The translations under genes were made by a program, and so were the position numbers. The notes below the pieces were generated by a model. It saw only the letters and a program-made list of their open reading frames with translations. It was not told the DNA's origin and searched no databases. A stretch of DNA of 63,891 nucleotides, the filler included, from Candidatus Zhuqueibacterota bacterium (GTDB lineage: Bacteria > BS750m-G25), in the NCBI GenBank assembly GCA_016783505.1. It is 5 parts of 5 records of this genome, joined end to end, with 100 filler letters (N's around TTAATTAATTAA, not from the genome) between each part and the next. Parts side by side here need not be neighbours in the genome. Positions count along the whole stretch, not along the records: positions 57,750 to 63,891 come from JADHWK010000083.1; 4 more parts are not named here. One strand, written 5' to 3'. Positions 59,698 to 63,891 of the stretch are shown here, piece after piece; position 1 is the stretch's first letter; each line of letters begins with the position of its first letter.

Positions 59698-60236
59698 ACA
59701 ATCCCCACTTCATCATTCCCAACCACCACATTCCTTTCTATCAGGCCCGAACTTACACCTTCAAACTGCAATCCCACCCTATTGCCTTCGGCAAGAATAA
59801 AAGATAAATGATGAAGGATTGAGGGGACAGAAGAAAAGCAAATGCCGGTGTCAGAACAATTTCTCACGATAAGGTGGTTTAGTTCCGGCGACGCCCCATC
59901 GGAGTAAACCCCAAAGTTAGCGTATTCTATTTTGCACCAGGACATGCGGGAGTTGGTGCTGGAGGAGGAAAATTCAATTCTATTCCAGCTACCCAGGGAA
60001 GAGGAGTTAGTCATATCGGAGTGGGGAGGGGTTAGTGATGAGTTGCTGATTGTTGATTGCGCCCAGGCGGGCGGGCGTCTGCCCGGATTGTTGATTGTCC
60101 CGAATGCTCGGTACTGATAGCTGACAGCTGAATCCATAATCCGTGATCCGGGATGAAATGGGGAATTGAAAAATAATAAGAATAGGCAACTAAGAATTAG
60201 GATGATTTTTTTGTTTTTCATTTTTGGTTTATTCAA
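59694..60236 (-). pseudogene. Internally deleted beta-helix surface-protein gene (repeat copy 1)
   Basis: Signal peptide plus GSWNRIEFSSSSTNSRMSWCKIEYANFG segment shared with 61230-61391 and 63041-63259. Confidence 0.6.
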
Positions 60237-60312
60237 TTAGACGATATACGATAATAAATCGGAATTCAGTGTAGATCCTAGTCTTTAAGAGACTTTTAGT
60301 TATTCTTAATCA

Positions 60313-60705
60313 TCACCATATTGTTTCCACCACTTTTGCACTGGCAATTGTTTCATCCTTTGTAATTAAAGGAACCCCAGAAAAAAGTGCTGTTGCCACA
60401 ATAAGTCTGTCGTGCATCTCCAGATCCACAGAAATGGTATCGGCTGTTTTCAGAACATCTACATCTAAAGGGACAATCTCGAAATTTTCATACATCTCCA
60501 GTCGGGTAAGCGTCTCCGCAAAGGTCAAAACGGTCTTACCCTTCTGGGCGATGTACATCAGCTCTGCCAGCACGATTGTCGGGACTAAAATGAGGCCTTC
60601 CTTTAGGGTTTCTTCAAAAGCATTTGAGGCTTTAAGACTTAACCTCTCGTCTTCCATAAAATACCAGACCAACGGATGGGTGTCTGTGAGATAATCCATA
60701 AGCAC
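60313..60705 (-). CDS. VapC-family PIN toxin
   Basis: YLTDTHPLVWY, PTIVLAE, HDRLIVATA, LITKD. Confidence 0.88.
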   Translation of the reverse strand: MLMDYLTDTHPLVWYFMEDERLSLKASNAFEETLKEGLILVPTIVLAELMYIAQKGKTVLTFAETLTRLEMYENFEIVPLDVDVLKTADTISVDLEMHDRLIVATALFSGVPLITKDETIASAKVVETIW

Positions 60706-60720
60706 CGTAGAATTACAGGG

Positions 60721-60957
60721 TCAGTGATCCTCGTAATGAAAAAGCGACCGCCGAGCTTCTCTGAATAGATGTTCGTCAATTTGGCTTCCTTTCCAGATCC
60801 CTTTTAAGGAACCCCGCCCATTCCCCTTCTTTTTAGTTACCCTCTGCCACTGAACTTCAAGAAGCCTGATCATCCTGTAGAGACTAGGAATAATTTCCCG
60901 AGGAAGCGTTTGGATTTCCTCGATAATTTTCTCGCGATAGTTTTGTTGTATAGCCAT
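60721..60957 (-). CDS. Putative antitoxin of the downstream VapC
   Basis: 78 aa, SLKGIWKG, ARRSLF tail; directly upstream of PIN. Confidence 0.65.
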   Translation of the reverse strand: MAIQQNYREKIIEEIQTLPREIIPSLYRMIRLLEVQWQRVTKKKGNGRGSLKGIWKGSQIDEHLFREARRSLFHYEDH

Positions 60958-60958
60958 T

Positions 60959-61174
60959 TCACAACTCCTTTTCCTTCAAAGCCGCTTCAAAATTCGCCAA
61001 TGCTTCGTCACTTAGCTTATCCCATGCCCTTAATTCATCTTCTAAGCCCTCTTCCACTATGGGTAAATAATACCTCAGGGCTTCAACGACAATTTCTTCT
61101 TGTGTTGTCTTTTTCCCCTTTGCCAGTTTTGTGACCTTTTCCCCAATATCGTTTGGAATAGTTACTTTTATCAT
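60959..61174 (-). CDS. Ribbon-helix-helix antitoxin-like protein (orphan)
   Basis: KVTIP...IVVEALRYYL, WDKLSDEAL..FE; RBS GGAG. Confidence 0.6.
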   Translation of the reverse strand: MIKVTIPNDIGEKVTKLAKGKKTTQEEIVVEALRYYLPIVEEGLEDELRAWDKLSDEALANFEAALKEKEL

Positions 61175-61229
61175 GATTTTACTCCCTTATGTTTAGTTTA
61201 AATGAAGAAATTGAGACATTTATATTTAC

Positions 61230-61391
61230 ACCAAAGTTGGCATATTCTATTTTGCACCAAGACATGCGTGAGTTGGTGCTGGAGGGGGAGAATTCAATTC
61301 GGTTCCAGGAGCCAAGCTGGGCTGTAACCTAATTAAGAATTAAGAAAATTAAAACCCAGAAATTGGCCAAGTTTATGTTGGTTTTTGTCAT
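61230..61391 (-). pseudogene. Degenerate beta-helix gene fragment (repeat copy 2)
   Basis: Near-identical to 63093-63259, with a stop and an indel. Confidence 0.75.
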
Positions 61392-61591
61392 TTTTTGAAG
61401 AATGTTTCATTTACTTAAAAGGGTGAAAAGGGTCCCGATTCCGAATTTTGTTCAGATCGAGGATCCCGACCACAAGTGTCGGGACTTAACAGGGCTTTAT
61501 CCCGAAGCTTCGGGGTTAAAAAAGGCAATAGAGCGGAAAGGGCTCTGGTTTCATTAAGCCTTTGATAGCTTTTTTTCGCTTTTACGACCTT

Positions 61592-62008
61592 TTACAGCCT
61601 TTTGCCCCCCTTTTTGCCCACTTCTTTTCTCTTGTTTTCTAATGAAAACCGTAGTCTATCAATCAAATACATTGTTTGCATTGATAATTTATCAAAAGCA
61701 TCGTAATCATCGTTGCTCACCAGATTCTTACGTAAAGCCCTTCTTATCCTTTCTTGTAGTTCACCCAACGATCGTTTGCTATAATTAAGAAATCTTAGGT
61801 ATTCACCCAATGAGCCACTATAATACCCCTCAACAAAATTTGCTCCTGTTGAATCAGAAGCATCATCTATTTAATTTTTAAGTTTGAGATATCTATCAGG
61901 AATCCTTTTTAAAATTTTCTGAACCAAAACATCAAGTTTGTCAATGTTTTGCCAGACCTTCATCTTCTTGTGCCCATGTAGCTTCTGTCCCCTTTCTTCA
62001 GTTTTCAT
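61592..62008 (-). pseudogene. Four-helix-bundle (S23/bAvd-like) protein with one in-frame TAA
   Basis: KMKVWQ...LKN*IDDASDS..ANFVEGY...EYLRFLNYSKRSLGEL in one frame; stop at 61871. Confidence 0.8.
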
Positions 62009-62299
62009 TTTGCCTTGAATTTCATTCTTTAAGCCGTTTCTAGCCTTGTTCATCTTTTTAAGCCTTCTTTAGCCTTTTTTCACTTTTGAAGCCTTTTACA
62101 GCCTTTTTAACCCTCTACAATAATTTGAAAGAGGTCAGGATCGAGTTGAACTGTTTCATACAAATCTACCGATATGGCTGAGAAGTATTTTTCTATTTTT
62201 TCCCATTTTTGTAAGACTTAACAATATGTTTATTATTGGGTCATTAAAGTCATTGTGTAATTTAGTTGACTTTTTGCTTTTTTCCAATGACCCGATAAG

Positions 62300-62791
62300 C
62301 TATTCAATAATTGTGACCTCACCAGAATCCTTTATGATCCGGTCTCTTGTAATAATCCCCGCACCATAAAATCTCGCTGTTGCCGATATGATGCGATCAT
62401 GGATCTCTATAACCCCTTTCGCCCTTATCGTTTCATCAAAAATCTCAGGGGTAAACCCCGTTAGATAACATTGTAAATTTGGACATTTAAGTAGGTTTTT
62501 TTGAAACTTACTAATTCTATCAGCTAATAAAGATTACAGAATATCTAACGGGGTAAACCCAATGATCTCAAAACTTGGATCATTCCTTACAAACCGATAC
62601 ATTTCCTCAAAATCAAACTCAGCCTTTCGCTTCTCCGCTATATCAAGAGCCTCCGAAAGCACTATCGTAGGGACTAACAACTTCCCTCCCATAATACGAC
62701 ATCTATCAATGGCTTCCCTGGCCTTAAGTTTTAGCCGTCTGCTGCCAATTAAATACCAGATGAGACTATGAGTATCCAATAGATAATTCAT
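62300..62791 (-). pseudogene. VapC PIN toxin disrupted by a MITE
   Basis: YLLDTHSLIWY...IIGFTP, MITE, then EIFDE...IHDRIISATA...ITRD. Confidence 0.85.
62456..62553. mobile_element. 98-bp MITE, TIR CCCCGTTAGATA, TSD TAAA
   Basis: TAAA-CCCCGTTAGATA...TATCTAACGGGG-TAAA; removing it restores the PIN frame. Confidence 0.88.
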
Positions 62792-63010
62792 CTATATATC
62801 TTTCAGTTCCCGGAATAGGGAGCGCTTGGCCTCTTTTATCATCTCCTCTGTGACATCTCCCCCCTTAACGCTACCGTATAAAGAAGCCTTTTGAATTCTC
62901 CTCGTCGGCTGAATACCTCTCACCAACGCCCGTTTTAAGAACTCCAATTGTCTCTGCATAGTATCTAGGCGCTTTAGAAAACGTTCGGTATCTAACAATG
63001 CCTTGCTCAT
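62792..63010 (-). CDS. Putative antitoxin
   Basis: SLYGSVKG...EAKRSLF tail resembles 60721..60957; directly upstream of PIN. Confidence 0.65.
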   Translation of the reverse strand: MSKALLDTERFLKRLDTMQRQLEFLKRALVRGIQPTRRIQKASLYGSVKGGDVTEEMIKEAKRSLFRELKDI

Positions 63011-63016
63011 TTTCCC

Positions 63017-63259
63017 TTACCTCATTACATTATACCAATTAGAACAATTTCTCACGATAAGGTGTTTCAGTTCCGGCGAAGCCCCATCGCAGTAAATCCC
63101 AAAGTTAGCGTATTCTATTTTGCACCAGTACATGCGGGAGTTGGTACTGGAGGGGGAAAACTCAATTCTATTCCAATCGCCAGGCTGGGCTGTAACCGAA
63201 TTAAGAATTAAGAAAATTAAAACCCAGAAATTGGCCAAGTTTTTGTTGGTTTTTGACAT
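63017..63259 (-). pseudogene. Signal peptide fused to beta-helix fragment (repeat copy 3)
   Basis: MSKTNKNLANFWVLIFLIL...PGDWNRIEFSPSSTNSRMYWCKIEYANFG...LIVRNCS. Confidence 0.65.
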
Positions 63260-63371
63260 AAGTAATTAAGTCATTGAGTCATTAGGTCATTGGGTTATTG
63301 GGTAATTAGTTATTGGGTCATAGTCGCTGTTTTCTCTTTTTGCCTTTGAATTGAGGCAATATAGCCGTTTA

Positions 63372-63469
63372 CCCTGTTAAATAATACTTGTTTATTAACC
63401 ATTTAGTTTGATGTTCTTTATATTGTTTTGCTGAAAAAGTCGTTATTAAATATCATATATTTAACAGGG
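63372..63469. mobile_element. 98-bp MITE (TIR CCCTGTTAAATA)
   Basis: CCCTGTTAAATA...TATTTAACAGGG; flanks TTTA and TGAA. Confidence 0.8.
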
Positions 63470-63766
63470 TGAAGAACTTTAATCAAGTGATAGGCATCGC
63501 GTTTCAAGCTGTCCCGATATTCTTCATCAATGTAACCTTCATCAAAACATTCATTGAAGTCGTCTATCAGTTCACATATAGATCCTCTTGATTGACGATC
63601 CCGATTATTCGGGAAATATTCTCTTGATAATGGTAGCGACCATAGCCTTCAGCAATGTTGTTTGTAACCGATAATTTGGCTCTTCGCATTTGACTTTTGA
63701 GATTGTATTTTTCTTCTTCTGGTAATATTTTTATTAACATGCTGACTTTTCGACTAAACGCTCTGG

Positions 63767-63866
63767 CCCTGTTAAATAACCAGCATATCCCATCCGTCGT
63801 CAGCGATCTGATCTACCATTTCTAACTTGTTTCAAATAACGTTATCTGTTGATCTATTTAACAGGG
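63767..63866. mobile_element. 100-bp MITE (TIR CCCTGTTAAATA), TSD CTGG
   Basis: CTGG-CCCTGTTAAATA...TATTTAACAGGG-CTGG. Confidence 0.88.
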
Positions 63867-63891
63867 CTGGCTAACTTATAAACTTCAAGAT

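Larger units (their letters stand above)
63318..63891 (-). pseudogene. Four-helix-bundle protein hit by two MITEs and one 17-bp palindrome (5' end outside window)
   Basis: LEVYKLA | RAFS...LPEEEKYNLKSQMRRAKLSVTNNIAEGYGRYHYQENI | RQSRGS...DEGYI...LIKVL | NGYI. Confidence 0.85.

Noticed and set aside
61871-61873. Stop-codon reassignment or readthrough
   Set aside because: TAA ends many intact genes in the window, so a point mutation is simpler
59853-63891. Diversity-generating retroelement (Avd-like genes plus near-identical repeats)
   Set aside because: No reverse transcriptase in the window, and differences between repeat copies are not confined to adenines

Overview
The window joins five contigs of a draft or metagenome-assembled bacterial genome with artificial 100-bp N/TTAATTAATTAA linkers (8927-9026, 17945-18044, 26388-26487, 57650-57749), so gene order across linkers is not biological. 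The organism is a diderm with LPS genes (waaA, waaF); an uncultured FCB-type lineage such as KSB1 is an inference only. Contig 1: MNT-HEPN toxin-antitoxin pair; an AT-rich three-gene operon (winged-helix-like protein, MORC/GHKL ATPase, B12-type radical SAM) bounded by integron-cassette signals; then FmdB, glcD-like oxidase and a eukaryote-type citrate synthase. Contig 2: an integrase-less array of six attC cassettes, ECF ATPases, a DUF559 pseudogene, waaA and waaF. Contig 3: PspC, mutL-miaA, a membrane protein and a sigma54 two-component pair. Contig 4: a ~30-kb surface-glycan locus headed by a sigma70 promoter, a 56-aa His/Pro-rich peptide gene missing from the ORF track, a PqqD/RRE protein, an HprK-like kinase, a PRMT-fold methyltransferase and a nucleotidyltransferase. 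This candidate RiPP/glycopeptide system is the most interesting feature. Contig 5: PIN toxin-antitoxin modules and four-helix-bundle pseudogenes interleaved with repeated fragments of one beta-helix surface-protein gene. MITEs, an 18-bp palindrome and 7-10-nt tandem repeats are scattered throughout. All calls come from reading motifs by eye; no searches were run.
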